Source of the DNA: Escherichia coli
GTDB taxonomy: Bacteria > Pseudomonadota > Gammaproteobacteria > Enterobacterales > Enterobacteriaceae
NCBI RefSeq assembly: GCF_024502345.1
Contig: NZ_JALDNN010000001.1
Length of the DNA: 64,000 nucleotides
Direction: 5' to 3' (one strand)
Part shown: positions 52,686-64,000 of the stretch, one piece after another
Position numbering within the stretch: the stretch's first letter is position 1
Layout: each line of letters opens with the position of its first letter
Notes under the pieces: model-generated
The model's input: the letters and a program-made list of their open reading frames with translations, nothing else
Databases searched by the model: none
Told to the model about the DNA's origin: nothing
Made by a program: the position numbers and the translations under genes

Positions 52686-55190
52686 ATGTCACAAACTATC
52701 GACCTGACCCTGGACGGCCTGTCCTGCGGTCACTGCGTTAAACGCGTGAAAGAAAGTCTCGAACAGCGCCCGGATGTGGAACAAGCGGATGTGTCTATCA
52801 CTGAAGCGCACGTTACCGGGACTGCCAGTGCAGAACAGCTGATCGAAACCATCAAACAAGCGGGTTATGACGCATCTGTAAGCCACCCAAAGGCTAAACC
52901 GCTGGCGGAGTCATCAATCCCGTCGGAAGCACTGACAGCGGTTTCTGAGGCGCTTCCGGCAGCGACCGCCGATGACGATGACAGCCAGCAGTTGCTGCTG
53001 AGCGGCATGAGCTGCGCCAGCTGTGTCACCCGCGTACAAAATGCGCTGCAAAGCGTACCGGGCGTCACTCAGGCACGGGTAAACCTGGCGGAGCGTACTG
53101 CGCTGGTGATGGGCAGTGCCTCCCCACAAGATTTAGTGCAGGCGGTGGAAAAAGCGGGCTACGGCGCGGAAGCGATTGAAGATGACGCTAAACGCCGCGA
53201 GCGCCAGCAAGAAACCGCCGTTGCTACGATGAAGCGCTTCCGCTGGCAGGCAATTGTCGCACTGGCGGTGGGTATCCCGGTGATGGTCTGGGGGATGATT
53301 GGCGATAACATGATGGTCACCGCTGACAACCGCAGCCTGTGGTTAGTTATCGGCCTGATAACCCTGGCGGTGATGGTTTTCGCCGGCGGGCATTTTTACC
53401 GCAGCGCATGGAAAAGCCTGCTGAACGGTGCGGCGACGATGGATACGCTGGTGGCGCTGGGAACGGGTGTGGCGTGGCTCTATTCGATGAGCGTCAACCT
53501 GTGGCCGCAGTGGTTCCCGATGGAAGCGCGGCATCTTTACTATGAAGCCAGTGCGATGATTATCGGTCTGATTAATCTCGGCCATATGCTGGAAGCGCGC
53601 GCACGTCAGCGTTCTTCTAAGGCGCTGGAGAAATTACTCGATTTAACCCCACCGACGGCGCGAGTGGTCACCGCAGAGGGTGAAAAAAGCGTGCCGCTGG
53701 CGGAAGTTCAGCCAGGGATGTTACTGCGCCTGACGACCGGCGATCGCGTGCCGGTAGATGGCGAGATTACCCAGGGCGAAGCATGGCTGGATGAAGCGAT
53801 GCTGACGGGCGAACCAATCCCACAGCAAAAAGGCGAAGGCGAAAGCGTCCATGCCGGGACAGTGGTACAGGACGGTAGCGTGCTATTTCGCGCCAGTGCG
53901 GTTGGCAGCCATACCACGCTGTCACGGATCATTCGCATGGTGCGCCAGGCCCAGAGCAGCAAGCCAGAAATCGGTCAGCTGGCGGATAAAATCTCAGCCG
54001 TATTTGTGCCGGTAGTAGTGGTTATTGCGCTTGTCAGTGCGGCAATCTGGTATTTCTTTGGTCCGGCACCGCAGATTGTCTATACCCTGGTGATTGCCAC
54101 CACGGTGCTGATTATTGCCTGCCCGTGTGCGCTGGGGCTGGCGACGCCGATGTCGATTATTTCCGGCGTCGGGCGGGCGGCTGAGTTTGGCGTGCTGGTG
54201 CGGGACGCTGACGCGCTGCAACGCGCCAGTACACTCGATACCGTCGTGTTCGATAAAACCGGGACGCTGACCGAAGGGAAGCCGCAGGTTGTCGCAGTAA
54301 AAACGTTTGCTGATGTTGACGAAGCGCAGGCATTGCGTCTGGCGGCGGCACTGGAGCAAGGTTCCAGCCATCCGCTGGCACGGGCGATCCTTGATAAAGC
54401 AGGCGATATGCAGCTGCCGCAGGTCAACGGTTTCCGCACATTGCGCGGGCTGGGCGTGAGCGGTGAAGCAGAAGGTCATGCGTTATTGCTGGGTAATCAG
54501 GCGTTGTTAAATGACCAGCAAGTCGATACTAAAGCGATTGAAGCCGATATTTCAGCTCAGGCATCGCAAGGAGCAACGCCTGTGCTGCTGGCGATTGACG
54601 GGAAAGCAGTAGCCCTGCTGGCTGTACGCGATCCGTTGCGTAGTGATAGCGTGGCGGCGCTGCAACGCCTGCATAAAGCGGGATATCGTCTGGTGATGTT
54701 GACCGGGGATAACCCAACCACCGCCAATGCGATCGCCAAAGAAGCAGGGATTGATGAGGTGATAGCCGGCGTGCTGCCGGACGGTAAAGCCGAAGCGATC
54801 AAACGTCTGCAAAGTGAAGGACGTCAGGTGGCAATGGTGGGCGACGGCATTAACGACGCGCCAGCGCTGGCCCAGGCGGATGTCGGTATTGCGATGGGTG
54901 GCGGCAGTGATGTTGCCATTGAAACCGCGGCGATTACCCTGATGCGCCATAGCCTGATGGGTGTTGCGGATGCGCTCGCGATTTCCCGCGCAACGCTGCG
55001 CAACATGAAGCAGAACCTGCTCGGCGCGTTTATCTACAACAGTATCGGTATTCCGGTCGCCGCCGGTATTTTGTGGCCGTTTACTGGAACACTGCTTAAC
55101 CCGGTAGTTGCCGGAGCGGCAATGGCGCTCTCGTCGATTACCGTAGTGAGTAACGCCAACCGGTTGCTGCGGTTTAAACCGAAGGAATAA
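52686..55190 (+). CDS. copA: Cu(I)-exporting P-type ATPase
   Basis: 834 aa; two N-terminal CxxC metal-binding motifs (GLSCGHC, GMSCASC), CPC, DKTGT. Confidence 0.95.
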   Translation: MSQTIDLTLDGLSCGHCVKRVKESLEQRPDVEQADVSITEAHVTGTASAEQLIETIKQAGYDASVSHPKAKPLAESSIPSEALTAVSEALPAATADDDDSQQLLLSGMSCASCVTRVQNALQSVPGVTQARVNLAERTALVMGSASPQDLVQAVEKAGYGAEAIEDDAKRRERQQETAVATMKRFRWQAIVALAVGIPVMVWGMIGDNMMVTADNRSLWLVIGLITLAVMVFAGGHFYRSAWKSLLNGAATMDTLVALGTGVAWLYSMSVNLWPQWFPMEARHLYYEASAMIIGLINLGHMLEARARQRSSKALEKLLDLTPPTARVVTAEGEKSVPLAEVQPGMLLRLTTGDRVPVDGEITQGEAWLDEAMLTGEPIPQQKGEGESVHAGTVVQDGSVLFRASAVGSHTTLSRIIRMVRQAQSSKPEIGQLADKISAVFVPVVVVIALVSAAIWYFFGPAPQIVYTLVIATTVLIIACPCALGLATPMSIISGVGRAAEFGVLVRDADALQRASTLDTVVFDKTGTLTEGKPQVVAVKTFADVDEAQALRLAAALEQGSSHPLARAILDKAGDMQLPQVNGFRTLRGLGVSGEAEGHALLLGNQALLNDQQVDTKAIEADISAQASQGATPVLLAIDGKAVALLAVRDPLRSDSVAALQRLHKAGYRLVMLTGDNPTTANAIAKEAGIDEVIAGVLPDGKAEAIKRLQSEGRQVAMVGDGINDAPALAQADVGIAMGGGSDVAIETAAITLMRHSLMGVADALAISRATLRNMKQNLLGAFIYNSIGIPVAAGILWPFTGTLLNPVVAGAAMALSSITVVSNANRLLRFKPKE

Positions 55191-55247
55191 GTATGTCATT
55201 GCGGATGCGCTGCTTTAGGGTGGCGCATCCGTTATAGGGAAATTATT

Positions 55248-55589
55248 CTACGCGACCTTTTTTGCACGCTCTTCACGGCGTGCCAAATATTCAGCCACTG
55301 TTTCAATCCGTCCCAATTCTTCCTGGGTACGCATGTTGTTTTCAACTTCCCAAAGATCAACTGCCGCCTGGAGGTTTAGCCAAAAATCGACTGTGGTATC
55401 AAAAACTTTCGCCAGACGGAATGCCATCTCAGTGGTGAGTTTACGATTGTTATTGATCAGTGCACTGACGCTATTACGATGAACATGCAGCAACTCTGCT
55501 AATTCATTGATTTTCAAATCGAGCGGTTCCAGATATTCATAGAGAAGAATATCTCCGGGTGTCGTCGGTTTTCTTGTTGCCTGTTTCAT
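55248..55589 (-). CDS. ybaQ: HigA-like XRE-family HTH protein (putative antitoxin)
   Basis: 113 aa, MKQATRKPTTPGDILLYEYLEPLDLKINELAELLHVHRNSVSALINNNRKLT... Confidence 0.85.
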   Translation of the reverse strand: MKQATRKPTTPGDILLYEYLEPLDLKINELAELLHVHRNSVSALINNNRKLTTEMAFRLAKVFDTTVDFWLNLQAAVDLWEVENNMRTQEELGRIETVAEYLARREERAKKVA

Positions 55590-55624
55590 AGTTTTACCTT
55601 TCTCGTCAATACGACAGCTATGTT

Positions 55625-55927
55625 TTAGTAGTTGTGTGGGTCTAAAAACAATTCTTCGGCCTTGCCATTAACCCATTTAAATATCAGTCGGTACTGTTTA
55701 TTCACTCTAATGGAGGAATATTCCTGTAATTTCCCGGACAACTCTTCGTATCGGTTCCCCGGAGGGGAGCGTAAATCCCGATGAGAAGTGGCAGCATTAA
55801 TGATGTCCAACTTTCGTGATAACGAGGTATGGATTTCAGCAGGGATCTTTCGATGTGGCGTTGAATGGACAAAAAAATCAGCCAGCCAGGCATCACGAAA
55901 ACTCCTTATATTATTCTTTTGAGCCAT
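55625..55927 (-). CDS. HigB-like RelE/ParE-superfamily toxin candidate
   Basis: 100-aa ORF 35 bp upstream of and co-directional with ybaQ (toxin-first order as in higBA); basic, ...YRLIFKWVNGKAEELFLDPHNY. Confidence 0.55.
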   Translation of the reverse strand: MAQKNNIRSFRDAWLADFFVHSTPHRKIPAEIHTSLSRKLDIINAATSHRDLRSPPGNRYEELSGKLQEYSSIRVNKQYRLIFKWVNGKAEELFLDPHNY

Positions 55928-56059
55928 TCCATTCTCATCTCCTTGTCCATTGTTTAATTATTGTAATGCACACAAGCACTGTGCACAAGTGCGACAATCA
56001 ACTCCATTTGCGCCATCCCTCCCCGCGCGCTAGCATGATATTTCACAAAGGGAGGTCGT

Positions 56060-56854
56060 ATGGATCTGTTGTACCGGGTAAAAACGCTTTGGGCCGCGCT
56101 GCGCGGTAATCATTACACCTGGCCTGCCATCGATATCACCCTTCCCGGCAATCGCCATTTTCATCTGATTGGCAGTATTCATATGGGTAGCCACGATATG
56201 GCTCCCCTGCCCACCCGTTTGCTCAAAAAGCTCAAAAACGCCGATGCGCTGATCGTCGAGGCTGATGTTTCCACCAGCGATACGCCTTTTGCTAATTTGC
56301 CTGCCTGCGAGGCGCTGGAAGAGCGCATTAGCGAGGAGCAACTCCAAAACCTGCAGCATATTAGCCAGGAGATGGGCATTTCTCCCTCACTCTTTTCTAC
56401 CCAACCGCTGTGGCAAATCGCGATGGTTCTTCAGGCGACGCAGGCGCAAAAACTGGGGCTGCGGGCAGAATACGGTATCGATTACCAGCTATTGCAGGCG
56501 GCGAAGCAACAACATAAACCCGTGATTGAACTGGAAGGGGCTGAAAACCAGATTGCCATGTTGCTCCAGCTCCCTGACAAAGGACTGGCGCTGCTGGACG
56601 ATACGCTGACCCACTGGCATACCAACGCACGGTTGCTGCAACAAATGATGAGCTGGTGGCTGAATGCACCTCCGCAAAATAATGATATAACGCTGCCCAA
56701 TACGTTCAGTCAGTCGCTGTACGATGTGCTGATGCATCAGCGAAATCTCGCCTGGCGGGATAAACTGTATGCTATGCAGCCAGGGCACTATGTGGTCGCG
56801 GTCGGTGCACTACACCTGTATGGAGAAGGGAATTTGCCGCAAATGTTGCGCTAA
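56060..56854 (+). CDS. ybaP: TraB-family protein
   Basis: 264 aa, MDLLYRVKTLWAALRGNHYTWPAIDITLPGNRHFHLIGSIHMG... Confidence 0.85.
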   Translation: MDLLYRVKTLWAALRGNHYTWPAIDITLPGNRHFHLIGSIHMGSHDMAPLPTRLLKKLKNADALIVEADVSTSDTPFANLPACEALEERISEEQLQNLQHISQEMGISPSLFSTQPLWQIAMVLQATQAQKLGLRAEYGIDYQLLQAAKQQHKPVIELEGAENQIAMLLQLPDKGLALLDDTLTHWHTNARLLQQMMSWWLNAPPQNNDITLPNTFSQSLYDVLMHQRNLAWRDKLYAMQPGHYVVAVGALHLYGEGNLPQMLR

Positions 56855-57042
56855 AAAAATGGCCAATATCGCTATTGGCCCGTCAAAGAGGAATTTCATT
56901 TTTTTATTATTATGCCGTCACTTTAAGCGACGGTGTAACTCGATTGTCGCTCAATCTCACCATCCTGCCAATACTCTTAGGCAAGATGACTCTTTTTTTT
57001 GGACCGCCATCAGGCGTATGCTTGCTTCGTTTTTTTGTTTAA

Positions 57043-57537
<495 letters not shown>

Positions 57538-57542
57538 GCATT

Positions 57543-57570
57543 GTGCCGGATGCAAATATCCGGCACTTTC
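57543..57570 (+). terminator. Hairpin after ybaK
   Basis: GTGCCGGA-tgcaaata-TCCGGCAC followed by TTT. Confidence 0.5.
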
Positions 57571-57573
57571 GGA

Positions 57574-59226
57574 TTACTGCCAGCTCACCTCACCTTTCGG
57601 TTCATAAACACTCACATCCAGCGGTGAGTTTTTCTGGATATACGCTTTCAGCACTTCGGCATCAATAAAGCCGGTATTCACATAGCCCGGTTTGTTATCA
57701 AGGCGCGGATAGCCATCACCGCCGGTGGCATTGAAGTTTAATGTCGCCATACGATAAGTTTTCGCCGGATCGACCGGTTCGCCTTTGATTTTCAGGTCGT
57801 TGAGTTTGCCGTCTTTCGCCACAAAGCTAACGTTGGCAAATTGCGGGTAGGCACCTGAATCTGGCTTCATTTGTGCGACGGCTGACAGGTAATCAATCAC
57901 CTCTTTACCGGTCATGTCGGCATACACCACCACATTGCCGAATGGCTGCACTTTCAGCACGTTTTTATAGCTGATATCGCCTGCTTCGATAGAATCACGA
58001 ATTCCGCCTCCGCTCATCACCGCAAAGTCGGCACCAGTGCGATCCATTTGGGCTGCCAGAATCAACCGCCCCATATTGGTCTGTACAAAACGCACTTTGT
58101 CACGATCGCCTTCCAGACGACCATTGGTTTCGCCTATTTTCACTTCCAGCTGCGCTTTGCCTTTGTTCTGGAACGGCGATAACAGCGAGATCATTTGCTG
58201 GTTTTCAGCGATTTCAGGGGTGTACAGCACGCGCTCGCTTTTCCCGTCTTCCCAGGTCACTTTCTTCTTCAGGTTCACCGGAATCAGCTGGTAGTTAACC
58301 ATTTTCATTTCGCCATTACGAAACTCAAAATCAGCCCGTCCCACGTATTTGCCCCACTCATGCGCCTGCACAATCCAGATGCCGTTTTGTTGATCTGGTT
58401 TGCATGGCGTACCCGGCACGTAATCGACCTGTTTTTTGTTTTCTGCCGCCATGCAGACCGGATCTTGCGAGTGACCACCGACGATCATCGCCAGCGATCC
58501 GGCAGGCAGCGCGCGCGCCATCTCCACATCGCCCGCTGCGTTAGAGCCGTGCTCACCATTATCGTAATGCCCCATATGGGTCGCCGCGATAATAATGTCT
58601 GGCTTTTCTGTCTGTTGCAGCTCCTGAATCACCAGCTTCGCTTCATCGGCGGGCTTACGAAATTCGATATCAGTGAAGTATTCCGGGTTACCAATTTTTG
58701 CTGTGTCATCGGTTGTCAGCCCAATAACGGCAATTTTCAGATCCTGACGCTTAAACAGCGCCCACGGTTTAAACAGGCGCTCGCCAGTACTTTTCTGGTA
58801 GATATTCGCGGAAAGCAACGGGAACTTGGCCCACTTTTCCTGCTGGCGTAATACGGTGAGCGGATTATCAAATTCATGATTACCGATCGCCATCGCGTCA
58901 TAGCCCACCAGATTCATACCGCGAAAATCAGGTTCGGCATCCTGTAAGTCAGACTCGGGCACGCCAGTGTTAATGTCGCCACCGGAAAGTAGCAGCACGC
59001 TACCGCCTTCAGCCGCAACCTCTTTGCGGATACCATCCACCAGCGTTTTTTGCGCCGCCAGACCATATTCGCCATATTCATTGCGCCAAAAATGCCCATG
59101 ATGATCATTGGTATGCAGAACTGTAATTTTGTAGGTTTTATCCTGCTCATACGCCAGAGCAGTTTCACTCGCCAGTGTAAATGTGGTTAACAGCGCTAAC
59201 GCCACGCCCCGCTGCAATAATTTCAT
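57574..59226 (-). CDS. ushA: UDP-sugar hydrolase / 5'-nucleotidase
   Basis: 550 aa with signal peptide; MKLLQRGVALALLTTFTLASETALAYEQDKTYKITVLHTNDHHGHF... Confidence 0.95.
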   Translation of the reverse strand: MKLLQRGVALALLTTFTLASETALAYEQDKTYKITVLHTNDHHGHFWRNEYGEYGLAAQKTLVDGIRKEVAAEGGSVLLLSGGDINTGVPESDLQDAEPDFRGMNLVGYDAMAIGNHEFDNPLTVLRQQEKWAKFPLLSANIYQKSTGERLFKPWALFKRQDLKIAVIGLTTDDTAKIGNPEYFTDIEFRKPADEAKLVIQELQQTEKPDIIIAATHMGHYDNGEHGSNAAGDVEMARALPAGSLAMIVGGHSQDPVCMAAENKKQVDYVPGTPCKPDQQNGIWIVQAHEWGKYVGRADFEFRNGEMKMVNYQLIPVNLKKKVTWEDGKSERVLYTPEIAENQQMISLLSPFQNKGKAQLEVKIGETNGRLEGDRDKVRFVQTNMGRLILAAQMDRTGADFAVMSGGGIRDSIEAGDISYKNVLKVQPFGNVVVYADMTGKEVIDYLSAVAQMKPDSGAYPQFANVSFVAKDGKLNDLKIKGEPVDPAKTYRMATLNFNATGGDGYPRLDNKPGYVNTGFIDAEVLKAYIQKNSPLDVSVYEPKGEVSWQ

Positions 59227-59443
59227 ACTTCTCTCCCTGACCTGATTTCAACGTGTTGAAAAATAGTATGACGCGACATCATAGACAAGTCTGCGTCCGG
59301 TGAAGATAAATCTGCATCCAGATTAGAAATTCTGTATTCGGCGTTGAGACTTCCTTCAGACGACGCATACAGGTATGTTAGTCGGGTAATAATCACAAAT
59401 AAGATCATTCTTTACATCGCAACCCTGAAAAAGTGACTTTCCT

Positions 59444-60664
59444 ATGGCAATGAGTGAACAACCCCAGCCTGTGGCGGGCGCGGCTGCGTCAACGACCAAG
59501 GCCCGAACATCGTTTGGTATTTTAGGTGCTATCAGCCTCTCACATCTGCTGAACGACATGATCCAATCGCTGATTCTGGCGATTTATCCGCTGCTTCAGT
59601 CAGAATTTTCTCTGACATTTATGCAGATTGGCATGATAACCCTCACCTTCCAGCTCGCCTCTTCGCTACTGCAACCAGTGGTCGGCTACTGGACCGATAA
59701 ATATCCGATGCCGTGGTCGTTGCCAATTGGCATGTGCTTTACCTTAAGTGGTCTGGTGCTGCTTGCGCTGGCGGGCAGTTTTGGCGCAGTTCTGCTGGCG
59801 GCGGCGCTGGTCGGTACCGGTTCATCGGTCTTTCATCCGGAATCTTCTCGCGTAGCCCGTATGGCTTCCGGCGGGCGGCATGGCCTGGCGCAATCTATCT
59901 TTCAGGTCGGCGGCAACTTTGGCAGTTCCCTGGGACCCTTGCTGGCGGCGGTGATTATCGCGCCTTATGGCAAAGGCAACGTTGCCTGGTTTGTGCTTGC
60001 GGCACTGCTGGCGATCGTGGTGTTGGCGCAAATTAGCCGTTGGTACTCGGCACAGCACCGAATGAATAAAGGAAAACCCAAAGCGACGATAATCAATCCA
60101 CTGCCGCGCAACAAAGTGGTACTGGCAGTCAGCATTCTGTTAATCCTCATTTTCTCGAAATATTTCTATATGGCGAGCATCAGCAGCTATTACACCTTTT
60201 ATCTGATGCAAAAATTCGGATTATCTATCCAGAATGCCCAGCTTCATCTGTTTGCCTTCCTGTTTGCCGTTGCGGCAGGTACGGTGATCGGCGGGCCTGT
60301 AGGGGATAAAATTGGACGGAAATATGTGATTTGGGGCTCTATCCTCGGCGTTGCGCCGTTTACGCTGATTTTACCCTACGCCAGCCTGCACTGGACGGGG
60401 GTTTTAACGGTGATTATTGGATTTATCCTCGCTTCGGCATTCTCTGCCATTCTGGTCTACGCTCAGGAGCTACTTCCGGGACGTATCGGTATGGTTTCTG
60501 GACTCTTTTTCGGTTTTGCTTTTGGCATGGGAGGTCTGGGAGCGGCAGTTCTGGGGCTTATCGCCGATCACACCAGCATCGAGTTAGTCTATAAAATCTG
60601 TGCTTTCCTGCCACTATTGGGGATGTTGACCATATTCCTGCCTGATAACCGGCATAAAGACTGA
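59444..60664 (+). CDS. fsr: Fosmidomycin-resistance MFS transporter
   Basis: 406-aa 12-TM MFS protein. Confidence 0.9.
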   Translation: MAMSEQPQPVAGAAASTTKARTSFGILGAISLSHLLNDMIQSLILAIYPLLQSEFSLTFMQIGMITLTFQLASSLLQPVVGYWTDKYPMPWSLPIGMCFTLSGLVLLALAGSFGAVLLAAALVGTGSSVFHPESSRVARMASGGRHGLAQSIFQVGGNFGSSLGPLLAAVIIAPYGKGNVAWFVLAALLAIVVLAQISRWYSAQHRMNKGKPKATIINPLPRNKVVLAVSILLILIFSKYFYMASISSYYTFYLMQKFGLSIQNAQLHLFAFLFAVAAGTVIGGPVGDKIGRKYVIWGSILGVAPFTLILPYASLHWTGVLTVIIGFILASAFSAILVYAQELLPGRIGMVSGLFFGFAFGMGGLGAAVLGLIADHTSIELVYKICAFLPLLGMLTIFLPDNRHKD

Positions 60665-60901
60665 TTTCATTGCAGCCAAAGGCAAACTTTGGCTGCATCG
60701 TTTTACAGTCGCCATAAGCCTTTCCTCTGTTAAACCGCCTTCTGTTTTCCGATCCGTGCTTTTTTTGCAGCTAATTCCATTTTTCTGCAAAATTCAATAA
60801 TTATTCATGAACATCATCAATGAAATTGTCATAAACTATTACCTGTAATTTTGGCTTTCCCGGCCAAAAATGGACAATAACCACCAGGAAAAGGAGACGG
60901 A

Positions 60902-62578
60902 ATGCATCACGCCACCCCGCTTATCACCACCATTGTTGGCGGCCTTGTGCTCGCCTTTATCCTCGGCATGCTGGCCAATAAACTACGTATTTCTCCTCTG
61001 GTGGGATATCTGTTAGCGGGTGTGCTGGCAGGACCATTCACTCCGGGCTTTGTTGCCGATACCAAGCTTGCGCCGGAACTGGCTGAACTGGGCGTTATTT
61101 TGCTGATGTTCGGCGTCGGTTTGCATTTTTCGCTCAAGGATTTGATGGCGGTAAAGTCCATCGCCATTCCCGGCGCGATCGCCCAGATAGCCGTGGCGAC
61201 GCTGCTGGGTATGGCGCTCTCCGCCGTGCTGGGCTGGTCGTTAATGACCGGTATCGTGTTCGGCTTATGTCTTTCCACCGCCAGTACCGTGGTGTTACTG
61301 CGCGCACTTGAAGAACGGCAATTAATAGACAGTCAGCGTGGGCAAATCGCCATCGGTTGGTTGATTGTGGAAGACCTGGTGATGGTTCTGACGCTGGTGT
61401 TGCTGCCCGCAGTGGCAGGAATGATGGAACAGGGCGATGTGGGCTTTGCCACTCTTGCAGTCGATATGGGGATCACCATCGGCAAGGTGATCGCATTTAT
61501 CGCCATTATGATGCTGGTAGGTCGCCGTCTGGTGCCGTGGATTATGGCACGCAGCGCGGCAACCGGTTCTCGCGAGCTATTTACCCTGTCGGTGCTGGCG
61601 CTGGCGTTAGGGATTGCCTTTGGTGCGGTGGAGTTGTTTGACGTCTCCTTCGCACTTGGCGCGTTCTTTGCCGGGATGGTACTGAACGAGTCTGAACTGA
61701 GTCACCGTGCCGCCCACGATACGCTGCCATTGCGCGACGCGTTTGCGGTGCTGTTTTTTGTCTCCGTCGGGATGTTGTTTGATCCGTTAATTCTGATTCA
61801 GCAACCGCTGGCAGTGCTGGCGACGCTGGCAATTATTCTGTTTGGTAAATCGGTCGCGGCCCTGTTCCTTGTCCGTCTGTTTGGTCACTCCCAACGTACG
61901 GCATTAACCATCGCCGCCAGCCTGGCGCAGATTGGTGAGTTCGCGTTTATCCTGGCGGGACTGGGAATGGCATTGAATTTACTGCCGCAGGCCGGACAAA
62001 ACCTGGTACTGGCAGGGGCGATCCTGTCGATTATGCTCAACCCGGTACTGTTCGCACTACTGGAGAAATATCTGGCGAAGACCGAAACGCTGGAAGAGCA
62101 GACGCTGGAAGAGGCAATCGAAGAAGAGAAACAGATCCCAGTGGATATTTGCAACCATGCGCTATTGGTGGGTTACGGTCGTGTAGGCAGCCTGCTGGGG
62201 GAGAAATTGCTCGCCTCTGATATTCCGCTGGTGGTGATTGAGACGTCACGAACCCGTGTTGATGAGCTGCGAGAGCGTGGGGTCCGCGCTGTATTGGGCA
62301 ATGCAGCGAACGAAGAAATTATGCAACTGGCGCATCTGGAATGTGCAAAATGGCTGATCCTGACGATCCCCAACGGTTATGAAGCGGGTGAGATTGTGGC
62401 GTCTGCCCGCGCGAAAAACCCGGATATTGAGATTATCGCCCGCGCCCATTATGACGATGAAGTGACGTATATCACCGAACGTGGCGCGAATCAGGTAGTG
62501 ATGGGTGAACGTGAAATTGCCCGTACTATGCTGGAACTGCTGGAAACGCCACCGGCGGGTGAAGTGGTGACGGGGTAA
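60902..62578 (+). CDS. ybaL: CPA2-family cation:proton antiporter with C-terminal RCK/TrkA-N domain
   Basis: 558 aa; membrane domain plus NAD-binding motif LLVGYGRVG. Confidence 0.9.
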   Translation: MHHATPLITTIVGGLVLAFILGMLANKLRISPLVGYLLAGVLAGPFTPGFVADTKLAPELAELGVILLMFGVGLHFSLKDLMAVKSIAIPGAIAQIAVATLLGMALSAVLGWSLMTGIVFGLCLSTASTVVLLRALEERQLIDSQRGQIAIGWLIVEDLVMVLTLVLLPAVAGMMEQGDVGFATLAVDMGITIGKVIAFIAIMMLVGRRLVPWIMARSAATGSRELFTLSVLALALGIAFGAVELFDVSFALGAFFAGMVLNESELSHRAAHDTLPLRDAFAVLFFVSVGMLFDPLILIQQPLAVLATLAIILFGKSVAALFLVRLFGHSQRTALTIAASLAQIGEFAFILAGLGMALNLLPQAGQNLVLAGAILSIMLNPVLFALLEKYLAKTETLEEQTLEEAIEEEKQIPVDICNHALLVGYGRVGSLLGEKLLASDIPLVVIETSRTRVDELRERGVRAVLGNAANEEIMQLAHLECAKWLILTIPNGYEAGEIVASARAKNPDIEIIARAHYDDEVTYITERGANQVVMGEREIARTMLELLETPPAGEVVTG

Positions 62579-62584
62579 ACGGTG

Positions 62585-62705
62585 GTTGCCGGATGTAAAA
62601 TATGAAAAATATGTAGGCATGATAAGACGCGCCAGCGTCGCATCAGGCATCGAGAGCCAAATGCCAGATGCGGCGTGAACGCCTTATCTGGCCTACGAAC
62701 CGACG
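62585..62705. repeat. REP element cluster
   Basis: GATAAGACGCGCCAGCGTCGCATCAGGC and GCCAGATGCGGCGTGAACGCCTTATCTGGCCTAC units between convergent ybaL and gsk. Confidence 0.7.
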
Positions 62706-62710
62706 ATAAC

Positions 62711-64000
62711 TTAACGATCCCAGTAAGACTCTTCCAGGCTGTCTTCACGCTCCGGCAAGCCGCGCGTTAAACGAGGTGAATGCTGGTTCAGTACCTGATA
62801 GCTCACACGGTTAGCATATTTACACACCTGCGCTAACGATGAATAAGTTAACCAGGTGAATTTATGTTTGCTGGAGTTTGGTACGTTGCTACGATGGTAG
62901 CTGTTGGCGGTAATGTCATGCAGCAACGCTGCCAATGCGCCATCCCCCGCTCCATTAGTGTTCATGATTTTTTCCGGCCCGCCCATGTACGGCGCAATGT
63001 GCGAATAGACACGCAGCGGATTCTGGCAATCCTTGTGGCGCATGGCGCGGCTAAACTCATACTGGTTGAATTCCGCTATAGCGCCCGGCAGCAGCGGATG
63101 CTGGGTTTTACGTTTCGCTTCGTCTTCGGTAAAGCCCGCCATATACAAGCCGATTGGCCCGGCGGTGCACAGCACCAGATCTACCCAGTCCAGCGCCTTG
63201 TCAGATGCCAACAACGGATCGCTTTCTCCGGTCAACGCTTCGGCTTCATCTTCGTTCATCGCAAGGATAGAGACGTGATCTTTGAGGAATTGCTGCCACC
63301 ACTGCGGATTCTCGGCAATGACAAACTTGGTGCCCAGCGTCAGCACCACCGGTACGTTATATTTCTTCGCGTACTCAATGGCTTTCATGGTTGCTTCCGG
63401 CATGGGTTCACCCGGTTTGCAACGCACCAGATAAGAGGTGAGAACCAGTGCCGAGGCTCCGGCAATCACATCTTCCGGAATGCTTTCAGCCCGCAGCTGG
63501 TTCATGTGGCCTGGACTGATAGCAAAGGTACGTTCCCCGGACTCGCCAATCAGCGTAAAGCAACGACCAATCGGGCCATCCACGCCTTGTAGATAGTTAA
63601 GATCGGTACGGCTGGAAGTGTTACACAGGTAACGATAGGCATAACTGCCAATTTCAATATTGCTGCACATGACGCCCAGCAGCACCGAACGGTCGTCCGC
63701 GAGCACCGAGTAGTTGTGCATGGTGTTACCAATGGTGCCACCCGCAAACTGATGGGTAATCAGGTTTTTCTGTTTTAGCTCCTGATAAAGCGCTTCGGCT
63801 ACGTCATCCTCAATCACCAGTGAATGCCCGGCGCTTAATCCATAACGCTCAATGAATTCATCATCCACTTTCGCTTCAATATCGACCAGCGTCTGGTCAA
63901 TACCTACGACCCAGGCGGCGCTGGTTTCGTTTTCTGGCTGGAATTGCTGAAGCAGCGGATCGCGTGCATTTACAGGGAAGTAATGTTTGGATTTACGTTT
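62711..64000 (-). CDS. gsk: Inosine-guanosine kinase (5' end lies beyond the window)
   Basis: Frame stays open to the window edge; translation ...KRKSKHYFPVNARDPLLQQFQPENETSAAWVVGIDQTLVDIEAK...; only the first few codons are missing. Confidence 0.9.
   Translation of the reverse strand, partial: KRKSKHYFPVNARDPLLQQFQPENETSAAWVVGIDQTLVDIEAKVDDEFIERYGLSAGHSLVIEDDVAEALYQELKQKNLITHQFAGGTIGNTMHNYSVLADDRSVLLGVMCSNIEIGSYAYRYLCNTSSRTDLNYLQGVDGPIGRCFTLIGESGERTFAISPGHMNQLRAESIPEDVIAGASALVLTSYLVRCKPGEPMPEATMKAIEYAKKYNVPVVLTLGTKFVIAENPQWWQQFLKDHVSILAMNEDEAEALTGESDPLLASDKALDWVDLVLCTAGPIGLYMAGFTEDEAKRKTQHPLLPGAIAEFNQYEFSRAMRHKDCQNPLRVYSHIAPYMGGPEKIMNTNGAGDGALAALLHDITANSYHRSNVPNSSKHKFTWLTYSSLAQVCKYANRVSYQVLNQHSPRLTRGLPEREDSLEESYWDR

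Overview
This window is Escherichia coli chromosome, syntenic but inverted relative to K-12 gsk-copA-rhsD-allantoin cluster-purEK-cysS-folD-fimZ-argU (gene order recalled from memory, not searched). About 50 core genes are recognisable from their protein sequences. Accessory content: (1) two full 768-bp IS1 copies in direct orientation, neither with a target-site duplication, with the sfm fimbrial operon absent between fimZ and folD; (2) a ~3.7-kb prophage stump between IS1 and argU, keeping a truncated integrase and a lambda-style immunity cassette (CI-type S24 repressor, two operator/promoter regions sharing an AATAGCAA motif, and two small AT-rich cargo genes in the rexAB-equivalent position, one XhlA-like); (3) a 1057-bp IS903 insertion with 9-bp duplication splitting allB, whose start codon also reads ATA; (4) an Rhs element with AT-rich C-terminal toxin tip, downstream immunity-like gene, orphan N-terminal fragment and IS481-like transposase fragment; (5) a HigB-like ORF upstream of ybaQ. 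The most likely candidate for an undescribed system is the two-gene cargo cassette next to the CI repressor; its function is inferred from position only. No CRISPR array or rRNA was seen.
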